Assembly (NCBI GenBank): GCA_964441335.1
Contig: CAYTUI010000001.1
Span: forward strand, 961 to 64,960
From: an uncultured Gammaproteobacteria bacterium
GTDB lineage: Bacteria > Patescibacteriota > Patescibacteriia > UBA1558 > 2-01-FULL-52-15
DNA length: 64,000 bases
Direction of reading: 5' to 3'
The notes beneath the pieces are model-generated. The model was not told the origin of the DNA. It ran no database searches and saw only the letters and a list, made by a program, of their open reading frames with translations. How positions within the stretch are numbered: the stretch's first letter is position 1; the number at the start of each line of letters is the position of its first letter. A program made the translations under genes and the position numbers. Shown piece by piece: positions 36,058 through 46,148 of this stretch.

Positions 36058-38082
36058 ATGCTAAAGTCCGAACAGTTTATGGACGTTCGACAGCATGGGT
36101 TTATCCGTTTGGCCGTGATTGTACCCAGAGTTCATTTGGGCAATGTACCGGCAAACGTGGCTGAACATCTGATGAAGATCAGCGAGGTTCGCAGACAAGG
36201 CGCCAGTTATATAGTGGCTCCTGAGTTGAGTCTGACCGGCTACTCCAACGGCGATCTGTTTCATTCACAGGCACTGCTGGAAGCGGCCGTGATCGGTTTG
36301 GGCGAGTTGCTGGAGGCAACGGCAGCCTGGCCGCAGATCATCTCGGTCGGCCTGCCCCTGCTGGTGGACGGCGCGGTCTACAACTGTGCTGTGACCATTC
36401 ATCGGGGCGTTATTCTGGCGGTGGTGCCTAAGGCCTATCCGCCGGAGTATCGCGAGTTTTATGAGCAGCGGCACTTCGCCTCGGCCTATGAGGCTCAGTC
36501 CACTGTTATCAACCTGCTGGGTCAGACAGCTGCTTTCGGAACCGACATTTTGTTGGTTTCGGATCACAACCCGCGTCTGACGATTCACACCGAGGTCTGC
36601 GAAGATCTTTGGGTGCCGATTCCGCCCAGCACTGAGGCGGCTCTAGCTGGCGCAACGGTGCTGGCCAACCTGTCGGCTTCCAATATCACCATCGGTAAGA
36701 GCGGATATCGGGAGCTGTTGGTGGCCGGATCGTCAGCCAAGAATCTGGCTGTGCAGATGTACAGCGCGGCAGGTTTCGGTGAGTCCACGACTGACCTGTC
36801 CTGGGACGGGGAAGCCCTGATCGCCGAGCGTGGCGAAATTCTGGTCAGGGGTCAGCGTTTCAGCCTTGACGGCGGCACTTCAGTTGTGGCCGACGTGGAT
36901 CTGGAGCTGTTGGCACTGGAACGCGCCAGGCAGAATTCCTTCAGGTCAAACGCCAGTCAGCATCCCCGTAAGTTCCGGCGCATCCTGATTACTGGACAGT
37001 TATCTGATGCTGTTCAGGACGGGCTGGAGCAGGTGCATCACAAGTTGCACCGCTTCGTGGATCCGCATCCCTTCGTGCCTAGCGACCAGTCTCAGCGCGA
37101 TGAGCGCTGTCGGGAAACTTTCCTGATTCAGGCAACGGCTTTGGCCAGACGGCTGGAACAGCTGCCACAGGATCGTCGGCACGTGGTGGTGGGTATTTCC
37201 GGTGGACAGGATTCAACGCACGCGCTCAACGTGGCGGTCCATGCTATGGATCTCATGAAGATGCCGCGTCGCAACATCCTGGCGGTAACCATGCCGGGGT
37301 TCGGCACAACCGACCTGACAAAGAACAATGCCGTGGCATTGGTCAAAGCGGTCGGCGCTGAACTGCTGGTGATTCCCGTTAGTGAACTGTCGCTCCTGAT
37401 GTTCCAAAACATCGGGCATAATCCGGATGAGCACGACCTGACCTACGAGAACGTTCAGGCTTGGGCCCGGATGTATACGGAGCTGTCATTAGCTGCCGAG
37501 AAAGGAGGGTTGGTACTGGGGACTGGTGACTTGTCGGAGCTGATGCTTGGCTGGTGTACTTACCTGGGTGATCACGCCAGTCATTATGGTATCAACGCCG
37601 GTGTGCCCAAGACTCTTATTTCCTATCTGATCGCCTGGACCGCAGAGCAGGTCTATGGAGAGAAGGAACCGGAAGTTAGGGGTATTCTGCAGAGCATTCT
37701 GGTAACTCCGATATCACCGGAGCTCTTACCACCGGCGGCTGACGGTTCTATAGCGCAGAGAACGGAAGACAAGGTTGGACCATATGAGCTGCATGATTTC
37801 TTCGGTTATTACTTCGTTCGCTTTGGTTTCAGCCCCAAGCGCATCGTGCGTCTGGCATTGGCTGCCTTTGGCGACAAGTACTCCATCGGAGAGATCAAGT
37901 CTTGGTTCAGGCTCTTCCTGACTCGTTTCTTCCGGAATCAGTTCAAGCGATCTTGTTTGCCCGATGGTCCCAAGGTAGGTCTGACGTGCATCTCGCCTCG
38001 CGGTGACTGGCGGATGCCCTCGGATGCTGACCCGACTGTTTGGCTTCAGGATCTGGAGCTGGTACCGGACAACCTCAACTAG
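36058..38082 (+). CDS. nadE: Glutamine-dependent NAD+ synthetase NadE (nitrilase-like glutaminase domain plus NAD synthetase domain)
   Basis: N-terminal CN-hydrolase fold (IVAPELSLTGY, ...CEDLW); C-terminal PP-loop VVGISGGQDST and long 674-aa architecture like actinobacterial NadE. Confidence 0.9.
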   Translation: MLKSEQFMDVRQHGFIRLAVIVPRVHLGNVPANVAEHLMKISEVRRQGASYIVAPELSLTGYSNGDLFHSQALLEAAVIGLGELLEATAAWPQIISVGLPLLVDGAVYNCAVTIHRGVILAVVPKAYPPEYREFYEQRHFASAYEAQSTVINLLGQTAAFGTDILLVSDHNPRLTIHTEVCEDLWVPIPPSTEAALAGATVLANLSASNITIGKSGYRELLVAGSSAKNLAVQMYSAAGFGESTTDLSWDGEALIAERGEILVRGQRFSLDGGTSVVADVDLELLALERARQNSFRSNASQHPRKFRRILITGQLSDAVQDGLEQVHHKLHRFVDPHPFVPSDQSQRDERCRETFLIQATALARRLEQLPQDRRHVVVGISGGQDSTHALNVAVHAMDLMKMPRRNILAVTMPGFGTTDLTKNNAVALVKAVGAELLVIPVSELSLLMFQNIGHNPDEHDLTYENVQAWARMYTELSLAAEKGGLVLGTGDLSELMLGWCTYLGDHASHYGINAGVPKTLISYLIAWTAEQVYGEKEPEVRGILQSILVTPISPELLPPAADGSIAQRTEDKVGPYELHDFFGYYFVRFGFSPKRIVRLALAAFGDKYSIGEIKSWFRLFLTRFFRNQFKRSCLPDGPKVGLTCISPRGDWRMPSDADPTVWLQDLELVPDNLN

Positions 38083-38088
38083 AGGTTT

Positions 38089-38131
38089 GACCCCGCCCCA
38101 ACACTTTTGTGTCATGGGCGGGGTCTTTTTT
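38089..38131 (+). terminator. Rho-independent terminator closing the GC-rich NAD island
   Basis: GACCCCGCCC-loop-GGGCGGGGTC followed by TTTTTT. Confidence 0.7.
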
Positions 38132-38312
38132 AATTTGATAGACCTTCGTACCGCCAGCCATTGGCTGATCGGGGCTTCGGTTTGGGGGCCTTAGATTTGT
38201 TTATTTTGTTAAATATATAAGCTTCAATGCTTAGCGCAGAAGTAGTTTGATCATCCTTGACAGCCTTAATTTTACCAGCTTAAATTAAGTTATAATTTGT
38301 AGTTATAAAAAT

Positions 38313-38597
38313 ATGAAGCCCTTGAGAATAACAATTTTAATGCTGGCGATAGTTGGTTTAAATGGCTGTTTTAAACTGTCGCAAAACAATTTAAAGGATG
38401 GAAATACTAATAAAGTAAACGATGAGGTAAATACTGCAGAGATATTACCGACGACTCCCACGACAACTCCAGAATCAGATATTAGTAAAGATGATGATAG
38501 CATTAAGGATTGTGTCTTATTAACCGAGCAGGAATGTCTGGTTAGAGAAGGTTGTCAGGGAAATGGATGGAGAGGAACGTTGTTTAGAATAAAATAA
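38313..38597 (+). CDS. Small lipoprotein, Thr/Pro/Asp-rich
   Basis: Lipobox LNGCF after signal peptide; AT-rich native composition. Confidence 0.5.
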   Translation: MKPLRITILMLAIVGLNGCFKLSQNNLKDGNTNKVNDEVNTAEILPTTPTTTPESDISKDDDSIKDCVLLTEQECLVREGCQGNGWRGTLFRIK

Positions 38598-38622
38598 TTT
38601 TAAAAAGTAATTACTCAATTAT

Positions 38623-39843
38623 ATGAAAAGGTTTTCTATTTTATTAATAGCGGGCGCGATAATTTTAAGCGGTTGCATTGATAGTAGACATTTTTCTAAA
38701 ACGGAAAGATTTAATGACCCGGATATTAAGAATGAATTTTGCGGCGCGGTCATAAGTTTTCAATACTGTAAATGTGCTTTTCATAACGATTATTGCGACG
38801 AAATTGGCATGTCGCGTCCAGAAGCAGATGCTTATGTTGAATCTGAATATGAAAAATGGCGTCAGGGGCAACTTCTAACTTTTAAGGAAAACTGTAAAAA
38901 TTACGGCGGGATATTTGTTGATGACGAATGTAATTATTGTGATGAAGATTTTGCTGTCCAGGATGATAAATGTGTCCTACAGGAAGAGGTTACTGTGGCT
39001 GACAATCAGGAATTTAAACCAGACGGACCTTTGGATGAAGATTGTACTATTAAAACAGAAGAGTTTAATCAGGACTGGAAGAAATATTCAGATATTGATA
39101 ATGCCATCCCCAAGGAAGACAGGAGTTATGAAGCGCAGCAGGCTTTAACAGCCTACGAAACAATGATTGGCAAGTTGGTGGAAACTTTTGAATTACAGCG
39201 CGATATTGAAATTGAAGAGCAATCGCAGACTGATTTGAATGAGTATCGTCAGGCTTTAGTTCAGAATCAGAAAGCCAATTTGTTAAAAGCGTTTTGGCGC
39301 ATGTCCTGGGTAACTTATTCAACTATTAAGAGTGGCGTCTCGGCTGGAACATCGTATAGTAAGTTGTTAACTAGCGCCGGTAGCGCCGTCCAGAGTATTG
39401 GTTCGGGTTTAAAAACTATTCAAGCTACGATTCCGTCTAATTCAGATATTGCTATAGATAAATCCACTGTGACGGGTAAAGCTCTAAGTGTCGGGTCTAA
39501 GACGGCTATGGAAGCAGTGGAAAGTTTAGGTGATCCGACAAAAATTGCTGTGCGTCTAGCGAAATCAGCGGCTGATATGACTCTTCCTTCGGCAAATTTG
39601 ACTGACGCTGAAATTAATATTTTAAGGCAACAACAGATTGATAAGGGCGTGTTAGACCAAGTGTTAGCGGCTAGTCAGGCGGCCAATGCCGAACGTCAGG
39701 CCAGGCTGACTATCTTGGAAACAGAGATTGACGGTTTAGAAGTGCAGATTGCCGATTGGGAAACAAAAGAACAGGAAAGAGTAAAGTCTATGTTAGAGGA
39801 TAGTTGTCAGAAACAAAAAGACGGTGCAGAGACAGAGGAGTAG
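38623..39843 (+). CDS. Lipoprotein with Cys-rich N-terminal domain and C-terminal coiled coil
   Basis: Lipobox LSGCI; about 14 Cys in first 130 aa; heptad-rich C-terminus. Confidence 0.55.
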   Translation: MKRFSILLIAGAIILSGCIDSRHFSKTERFNDPDIKNEFCGAVISFQYCKCAFHNDYCDEIGMSRPEADAYVESEYEKWRQGQLLTFKENCKNYGGIFVDDECNYCDEDFAVQDDKCVLQEEVTVADNQEFKPDGPLDEDCTIKTEEFNQDWKKYSDIDNAIPKEDRSYEAQQALTAYETMIGKLVETFELQRDIEIEEQSQTDLNEYRQALVQNQKANLLKAFWRMSWVTYSTIKSGVSAGTSYSKLLTSAGSAVQSIGSGLKTIQATIPSNSDIAIDKSTVTGKALSVGSKTAMEAVESLGDPTKIAVRLAKSAADMTLPSANLTDAEINILRQQQIDKGVLDQVLAASQAANAERQARLTILETEIDGLEVQIADWETKEQERVKSMLEDSCQKQKDGAETEE

Positions 39844-40132
39844 AGATAATTGTTGAGATTTGTTTATCACAAAAACAGCTGATAAAAGCTGTTTTGTGTA
39901 ATTTATAGCGTTTTAGTTTCTAGCAGGGTGTCAAATATTGACTTTTTGCCATTTGTCCATTAACATCTATCCTTGTGATATCAACTATGACTTTTGCTTG
40001 CTGTAGCACTATAGATATCGATGGTTTCAAAAAATCACTTGGTATTGGAAACAGCCCGCTCTTCGGAATTAAGTATTTAGGAAATTGTGATTTGTTTAGT
40101 ATTTTGGTTTTGGGATTTGAAATTTATTAAAG

Positions 40133-40208
40133 CGGGGTGTGGCGCAGTTGGTAGCGCGCATGCATGGGGTGCATGAGGCCGTGGGTTCAAGTCCCGCCAC
40201 CCCGACCA
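40133..40208 (+). tRNA. tRNA-Pro (anticodon GGG), CCA encoded
   Basis: CGGGGTG-TG-GCGC AGTTGGTA GCGC, anticodon stem CATGC/GCATG with loop ATGGGGT, T-arm GTGGG-TTCAAGT-CCCGC, 3' CACCCCGACCA. Confidence 0.8.
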
Positions 40209-40369
40209 AGTGATTCTGAAAAAATTCACAGGAGATGTAGTTGCGGGTTTCGCCCAAAGGGCGACCCGGTCGAATGACCGGGCAAGTCCTGTCACCCCGA
40301 CCATTCGACTTTGTTCAGCTTAGCTTGACCAAGAAAATTATATAACAATATTAAATCTCGTTTGATGGA

Positions 40370-40444
40370 TCCGCGGTAGCTCAGTGGTAGAGCAGCTGAC
40401 TGTTAATCAGCGGGTCGTCGGTTCGAACCCGACCCGCGGAGCCA
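40370..40444 (+). tRNA. tRNA-Asn (anticodon GUU), CCA encoded
   Basis: TCCGCGG-TA-GCTC AGTGGTA GAGC, anticodon loop CTGTTAA, T-arm GTCGG-TTCGAAC-CCGAC, 3' CCGCGGAGCCA. Confidence 0.85.
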
Positions 40445-40500
40445 TCAGGTGAGATTTTTTTGTACCACATGTTTCTGATATACAATTTGACTTTTCCCCC

Positions 40501-41202
40501 ATGAAGTGTAAATATAACACTAGAAATATGACTCGACCTAAAAGTATTGACGTTAAAAAATTAAAGTTTGCTATTATTGCTGTTGATGTGGCTGTCTTTC
40601 GGATTAACAACGGGATTTTAGAAGTGTTGCTGGGGGAGGTTATGAATCCTCACTTTAGAAACAGACCTGGTCTGATCGGTGGAGTTATCGAGACAACCGA
40701 AACAGCCGAGCAGGCAGTTGTTAATCATTTAAAAAATAAGACGGGCGTCAAAGTTGATTTTATTGAACAACTTCAGACATTTAGTAGAATTGACAGGGAT
40801 CCCCGCGGTCGCGTTTTGTCGGTTGCCTATTTGGCTATTATCAATAAGATAAGCCCTGTCGGAGGAAATATTAGAACCGTTTGGGTTCCAATTAACCAGG
40901 CCAAAAATTTAGCCTATGACCACGATGAAATATTGCGGGTAGCTGGTGAAAGACTGCGGGCTAAATTTGGTTATACTAATATTGCCCAGCATTTTTTACC
41001 GTTGAATTTTACTTTAACCGAACTGCAACAGGTTTATCAGATTGTTATGAATCAAACTATAGACAAGAGGAATTTTAGACGTAAAGTATTGAATGTCGGT
41101 TTAGTAGCACCGACCGGCAGAACAACGACTAAAGGCACCAAGAAACCTGCGCAACTGTTCAGATTCGCATCGTTGAAGCCAAAAATCATTGAACTGTTTT
41201 AA
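40501..41202 (+). CDS. Second NrtR-like regulator (Nudix-like domain plus C-terminal wHTH), paralog of 27440..28114
   Basis: Same architecture and alignable motifs (GG.IE..E.....V...L..KTGV, AYDH..I...A.ERLR.K..YTNI, FTLTELQ.VY..I....DKRNFR.KVL..GL). Confidence 0.7.
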   Translation: MKCKYNTRNMTRPKSIDVKKLKFAIIAVDVAVFRINNGILEVLLGEVMNPHFRNRPGLIGGVIETTETAEQAVVNHLKNKTGVKVDFIEQLQTFSRIDRDPRGRVLSVAYLAIINKISPVGGNIRTVWVPINQAKNLAYDHDEILRVAGERLRAKFGYTNIAQHFLPLNFTLTELQQVYQIVMNQTIDKRNFRRKVLNVGLVAPTGRTTTKGTKKPAQLFRFASLKPKIIELF

Positions 41203-41418
41203 TTTATCAGGGCGATATTTTTTTGCTTGTGAATAAGTGTCTACTTGACACTTATTTTGATTGTTGCTAAGGTAGAGGCAGAGGAGAAAGTGGACAACTA
41301 TTTAAGGGATTGACAAAATTCTATAAATATTGTAGGTTCACCAACTCTGTTTCTTTGACAATTTATAAGATATTTATAGTGAAATGGCCAAGAAACCTTG
41401 AAAGGAGGTGGACGACCA

Positions 41419-42245
41419 TGATTGTGAAACACGGAGACCGGCAATTCGAAGCCGGTCGTCTGGTGGCCGATAACGGCCGTTATCGCCAGTATCTCTGCGT
41501 GGAGATTGGCGCTGACAAGGAAAAGGAGTGTTTGTTGCAGATCGCCACCGCTACCAATGGTAACGGTCAACTCGATCGGGCAGCCTACTTCCTTCAGGAA
41601 CTTGAGCGTCGAGCTCGCGAAGTGGAGAAGGAGTTCAAGAAGGTCAGAACCGATCCCAAGGTGATGCTCAATTACGGGCTGGGCTTTCCCAAGCTGGTTG
41701 ACAGCTTCGTCTGTCAGGAGCAGGGCGGCCGCCGTATCAACATCCTGGCTTTCAGACGCGTTGATCAGGTTGGTCAGATGATCCCTTTGAGTAGTGTGAT
41801 CAAAAGCAACCTGATGATTGACCGTCGTACTAGCGTCTGGATTCTGGGAAAGCTTCTCAAGCTGTTGACTTTTAGTCACAGTGAAGGGATTGCTGTCGGA
41901 CGCCTGGACGCTGACAACATTCTGCTTCAGCCGAATCAGCACTACGTGGTGTTGTTTGACTGGTCGGAAGGAAGTCAGTATCCGGAAAAAGTGCCTGCGG
42001 AAATCGCCTGTCAGGAGATCACTCAAGCTGCCATATCAGTTATGGCCGCCCTGTACTATGATCCGGAGTCTGGGAAATTCCCTGACGATCCGGATGATCC
42101 TGACGATCGTTATGTCAAGCACCTGATGACTCTGGCTAAAGGTCAGGAGCATCGGGCGGATCAGGCTCACCAGGAATTCTACAAACTGGTTGACACTATC
42201 TGGGAAAGGAGATTCTACCCCTTTACGACTCGACCGAAGTTCTGA
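41419..42245 (+). CDS. APH/ChoK-like (aminoglycoside-phosphotransferase-fold) small-molecule kinase-like protein, GC-rich
   Basis: Catalytic-loop-like GRLDADNILL and metal-binding VVLFDWSEG (IDWE-type) motifs; start ATG 41419 after AAAGGAGG. ORF track lists 41310..42245. Confidence 0.5.
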
Positions 42246-42288
42246 AGCTACGCTACGTTAGACCAACGAAAGAAGGAGGACGAGTACT

Positions 42289-43452
42289 ATGGGACGCGAT
42301 ACCTTGTCTCGTGATGCCTTTACCAGAGTCAGCTCGTTGGCGACGAGGGGTGGCAGGAAAGCCACTCACGATGCTGAAGAGCAAGTCAGACAAGGCAAGG
42401 GTATTGATCCCCTTGTTGATCCGAAAGGGCCGTCTCATCTCGGTCCGATTCGTAGGTCGCTGCCGCGTTTTGAGAAGCAGAAGTCGCTTTGGCGATTGGT
42501 GATGAACATGCCGATGGCCGAGGAGACCCTGCTGGATACGACCGGTTCTATGCAACAAAACGTGGAGCTGGCGTTCGCGGCGTTGCCGAAGTCGTTCGGG
42601 ATGTACACCGAAGGATCTTGTCCGGTACTGGGTAGATACGATGTCCAGATCGCCACCGGAATCTTCAACGACGTCGACGATCTTGATGCAAATCCGTATG
42701 CCCAGGTCCTGTGTCGTTCGCAGTTTGAAATGGGCGAGAAGATCGCCTTGCAGATGACTCGGATGATCCCGGGACGCAACGGCTGCGGCAACTTCAAGGA
42801 GGATTCACAGTTTGGGCTGTTCGGAGCCGCCTATCTGACGGATGCCAGGATCACGAAGTACGGCCTCAGGACCTATCATTTCACGGTGTCGGACGAGCCG
42901 ACCGTGGAAACGATCGAACTGGGCTGGCTGAAGAAGATCTTCGGCGACGACGTGCTGGAGCGAACGGCCGAGAACGGCTGGGACTTCACCGCGCGTACTC
43001 TGCCGGACACGGCGCAGGCAGTTCGTGACCTGCAGACGCGGGCTCACGCCTTCTTTCTGCAAGTTCCGGGTTGGCATGATGAACGCAGGGTCACGAATCA
43101 GTGGACCGAGCTTTACGGCCCGGCTCATTTCGTGATGCTGCCCGGCGGGACTGAGTATGTGCACGCTGTCAAGGGCTGCATCATCGGTCTGACCGAGGGT
43201 GTTATCAGTCTCTCGTCGGCCAAGGACTTCCTGCGCGAGCATGGGGTTCCGGCTGACGCGGCTGCCAAAATCGTCCGCGCAGTCGCGCATATTCCTCTGG
43301 CAGCGCAGACCCTGGCTCCGAACTTCGACAAGCTGCCGAAGGTTGGGGATCTCTTCAAGGAAAAGACCGACCTCTGGCCGGTTGATCCCCAAGAGGTGCC
43401 GGAAGCGACTGTTGAAGACAAGGACAAGGGCGAGGAGACCGAGTGGCTGTAG
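42289..43452 (+). CDS. von Willebrand factor A (vWA) domain protein, TerY-like
   Basis: MIDAS motif LLDTTGSM after a ~70-aa N-terminal extension; strong SD GAAGGAGGA. Confidence 0.55.
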   Translation: MGRDTLSRDAFTRVSSLATRGGRKATHDAEEQVRQGKGIDPLVDPKGPSHLGPIRRSLPRFEKQKSLWRLVMNMPMAEETLLDTTGSMQQNVELAFAALPKSFGMYTEGSCPVLGRYDVQIATGIFNDVDDLDANPYAQVLCRSQFEMGEKIALQMTRMIPGRNGCGNFKEDSQFGLFGAAYLTDARITKYGLRTYHFTVSDEPTVETIELGWLKKIFGDDVLERTAENGWDFTARTLPDTAQAVRDLQTRAHAFFLQVPGWHDERRVTNQWTELYGPAHFVMLPGGTEYVHAVKGCIIGLTEGVISLSSAKDFLREHGVPADAAAKIVRAVAHIPLAAQTLAPNFDKLPKVGDLFKEKTDLWPVDPQEVPEATVEDKDKGEETEWL

Positions 43453-43498
43453 CTCCTTAACCTGACAACCGTAAATCCTAAACCAAAGAGAGGTGACT

Positions 43499-44884
43499 AT
43501 GACCAAGAAGGTCTACCTGGTCACCGATCTCGGTCCTGGAGACGGTGGTAAAGGTGGAGTGGTACACAAAGTCTCCAAGCTGATGCGTGCCCACACCATC
43601 ATCAAGGTTGGGGGTGCGCAAGGAAGCCATGGAGTCAGAACCTCAACAGGCGAACACTTCGCTTTCAGCCAATGGGGTTGCGGCACATTCGAGGGGGTGA
43701 GGTCTTACCTCTCCCCTCGGATGGTCGTTTCCCCGGAAGGGCTACTGAACGAAGCTGACGTTCTCCGCTACCGCTGGGGTATTTATAACCCCTTTGATCT
43801 ACTGATAGTGGACCAAAGGGCGTTGTGTGCCACGGCGTATCACGGGATTGCTTCGCGTCTAAAAGAAATGGCGCGCAAGGATAATCCCCGTGGCACGATC
43901 GGTACCGGAGTTGGCGAGGCTTACCGCGCTGCACAGCGGTTCCCTGATCTGGCGATTTATGCCCGTGATCTAAAACGGGCTGATCTGCGAGATCGGTTGG
44001 CCGTTGTTAGGCAACAACAGCAACAGGAATTGGCGCCGATCATAGCGGCGGAGTTTCTGCTCTATGATCAAGACGCCGTCGCCAAGGAAGTTAGTTGTCT
44101 GTTTGATGACGACTTCCTGGATTTCGTCGTTAGGCGGTTCCAAGAAGTATCCCAAAGAGCAACCATTGTTGACCAGGACTATCTGGGACGGGAAATCCTG
44201 TCCCGAGACGGTGTGGTCGTCGTGGAAAGCTCGCATGGGGTGCTGACTGATCACTACGCCGGGTTCCATCCGCACACCAGCGCCATTCGGACATTGCCTT
44301 GTTTCACCGAGGTGATGCTCCGGGAGGCTGGTTACAACGGACCAATCATCAACCTCGGGGTAACCCGAGCCTATCAGATACGCCACGGCGCAGGTCCGCT
44401 GCCAACTGCTGATCCAGCGTTGTCAGAGAATCTGTTGCCCGGCAGTCACAAGCAGGACAATCGTTACCAGGGCCAGGTTCGCGTTGGACCTCTGGACTTG
44501 GTGCTACTGCGCTACGCTCTGGCGGCTTGCGGCGGTCCAACTAGTTTTGATGGTTTGGCCATTACCTGGTTTGACCAGATTCAAGCTAATGGAGTTTGGC
44601 GTTTCTGTGACCGTTACCAAGGCAGTGACGACCCGACCTACTTCACGCCGTCCGGTGAGTTGCGGGTGCGGTTCGGAGCTGATGAAGAGCAGTTGTCCTT
44701 TCAAGAAAATCTCGGGCGTCAGCTTGGCAGTTGTCGTCCGGAGATTACTACCCAAGATATCCCGACGAGCATGGGGCGTGATGATCTGTATGATCTTTGC
44801 GCCAATACTCTGAAGGAGAAACTGGGTGTCCCTGTTCGCATGGTTTCGTTCGGTCCGACCGAGCGGGACAAAGTCTGCAAGTAA
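43499..44884 (+). CDS. Divergent adenylosuccinate synthetase (PurA)-like enzyme
   Basis: Alignable with PurA: P-loop TDLGPGDGGKGGVV (vs GDEGKGK), GGAQGSHGV (vs QGGHNAGHT), PRGTIGTGVGEAY (vs IGTTGRGIGPAY), VVESSHGVLTDHYAGFHPHTSA (vs [22 protein letters not shown]), TRAYQIRHGAGPLP (vs KAYSTRVGAGPFP). Confidence 0.65.
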   Translation: MTKKVYLVTDLGPGDGGKGGVVHKVSKLMRAHTIIKVGGAQGSHGVRTSTGEHFAFSQWGCGTFEGVRSYLSPRMVVSPEGLLNEADVLRYRWGIYNPFDLLIVDQRALCATAYHGIASRLKEMARKDNPRGTIGTGVGEAYRAAQRFPDLAIYARDLKRADLRDRLAVVRQQQQQELAPIIAAEFLLYDQDAVAKEVSCLFDDDFLDFVVRRFQEVSQRATIVDQDYLGREILSRDGVVVVESSHGVLTDHYAGFHPHTSAIRTLPCFTEVMLREAGYNGPIINLGVTRAYQIRHGAGPLPTADPALSENLLPGSHKQDNRYQGQVRVGPLDLVLLRYALAACGGPTSFDGLAITWFDQIQANGVWRFCDRYQGSDDPTYFTPSGELRVRFGADEEQLSFQENLGRQLGSCRPEITTQDIPTSMGRDDLYDLCANTLKEKLGVPVRMVSFGPTERDKVCK

Positions 44885-44913
44885 ATGCGTGAACGCGAAA
44901 GGAGATAGTGCAG

Positions 44914-46083
44914 ATGAGTGAAGATCGGGAAGGAACGCGGCAAATTTCCGCGGGTGATGCTATCGCTTTGTTGCTCACCGACCACGGCTTGGAAGCCGCG
45001 GTTATCGACAAGATCAAGACCGATCTGGGCGCCGCTACCGTTGAGGATTTGTCGGCGCTGACCGAAGCCGACCTCGTCGGTATCGGCATGAAGAAGCTGC
45101 CGGCTCGCAAGCTGGTGGCGGATCTGAAGCCGGTGGAGGTTGCTCCGACACCTGCGGCCAGTCCGGTCAGTACCATGTCCTTCGATTCCATCCTGCCCAA
45201 CGTCCCTACGGACTCTTCCTGGCTGGAAGCGCTTCGGACGGGCGGTGTTCTCAAGGTCGATCAGTCCACCGTCATCGGCGCCATTCGGGCGGCCTTGGCT
45301 CACAAGGCCAGGCTGTATGACATCCCGGACGGGCTGGTGACCATGTTGGAACGGTTCGCCGAGGAGAACGAGGAACAGGTGGACGTCGAGTTCTTCAAGT
45401 TGAAGAAGCAGCTGACCCGCCGAAACTACGCCGAGATCTTCTCGGCCATCGAAGGGCTGGACGGCAGCTACGTGACCGAGGGTCGGAAGAAGCAGCTGTT
45501 CGGTCGCATCGACGAGCATCTCTGGCCGTCGATCGAAACCTTCTACGGCCAGTTGAAGGGCTGGCAGGAGGCTTGGCTCCAGGGCGGGGCCAATCCGATG
45601 ATCATGATGAGCGCGATCATGGCGGCTTCGGGCGGCGGCGCGGGTGTCATGCCTCCCGGCGTGATGCAACCGCCGGATACCGGGGGGCTCCGTGATCATG
45701 CCGACGCCGTGGCCGACGCCATCAACAAGTGCTTCGCTGGCACTGGCGTGCAGATCGCGTCGGCTTTGGCCTACGATGCCACCAAGATCCGGGAGACGTT
45801 GGAGAACCCGCGTCTGCCGGCACTGGTCGGAGCTGCCAACCGCGATCAGATGCTCCGGCAACTGGGAGTGGCCGTTTCGGCCACCTACCCGCGGCTGGAG
45901 ACCAATCTGACCCGCTTCGTCCTGTCGACGTTGCAGGTCAAGGACCAGGCGGCCGGCACCGAGGAGCTGCAGTACTTCAGCTCCCTGTTCATGCTCGGGT
46001 CGCAGATCCCTTGGGATCAGCTTGGTAACAAGCGTCCCAGTGGCAAGCTCTCGGGCATCGGCGTCACGAGGCGCGACCTCTAG
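44914..46083 (+). CDS. Hypothetical protein, last gene of the GC-rich 4-gene operon
   Basis: ATG 44914 with SD AAAGGAG; 389 aa, Ala/Gly-rich, no recognisable motif; followed by terminator. Confidence 0.5.
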   Translation: MSEDREGTRQISAGDAIALLLTDHGLEAAVIDKIKTDLGAATVEDLSALTEADLVGIGMKKLPARKLVADLKPVEVAPTPAASPVSTMSFDSILPNVPTDSSWLEALRTGGVLKVDQSTVIGAIRAALAHKARLYDIPDGLVTMLERFAEENEEQVDVEFFKLKKQLTRRNYAEIFSAIEGLDGSYVTEGRKKQLFGRIDEHLWPSIETFYGQLKGWQEAWLQGGANPMIMMSAIMAASGGGAGVMPPGVMQPPDTGGLRDHADAVADAINKCFAGTGVQIASALAYDATKIRETLENPRLPALVGAANRDQMLRQLGVAVSATYPRLETNLTRFVLSTLQVKDQAAGTEELQYFSSLFMLGSQIPWDQLGNKRPSGKLSGIGVTRRDL

Positions 46084-46111
46084 ATCCAACGCGGTTCTGG
46101 AGTAACCTTGG

Positions 46112-46148
46112 GGCCGGACAACGACATGTTGTCCGGCCTCTTTTTTTA
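46112..46148 (+). terminator. Rho-independent terminator (GGCCGGACAACG-ACAT-GTTGTCCGGCC plus T9)
   Basis: Perfect 11-bp stem then TCTTTTTTTT; marks end of GC-rich island 2. Confidence 0.75.

Noticed and set aside
40407-40610. 67-aa minus-strand ORF
   Set aside because: It overlaps tRNA-Asn and the start of the NrtR paralog.
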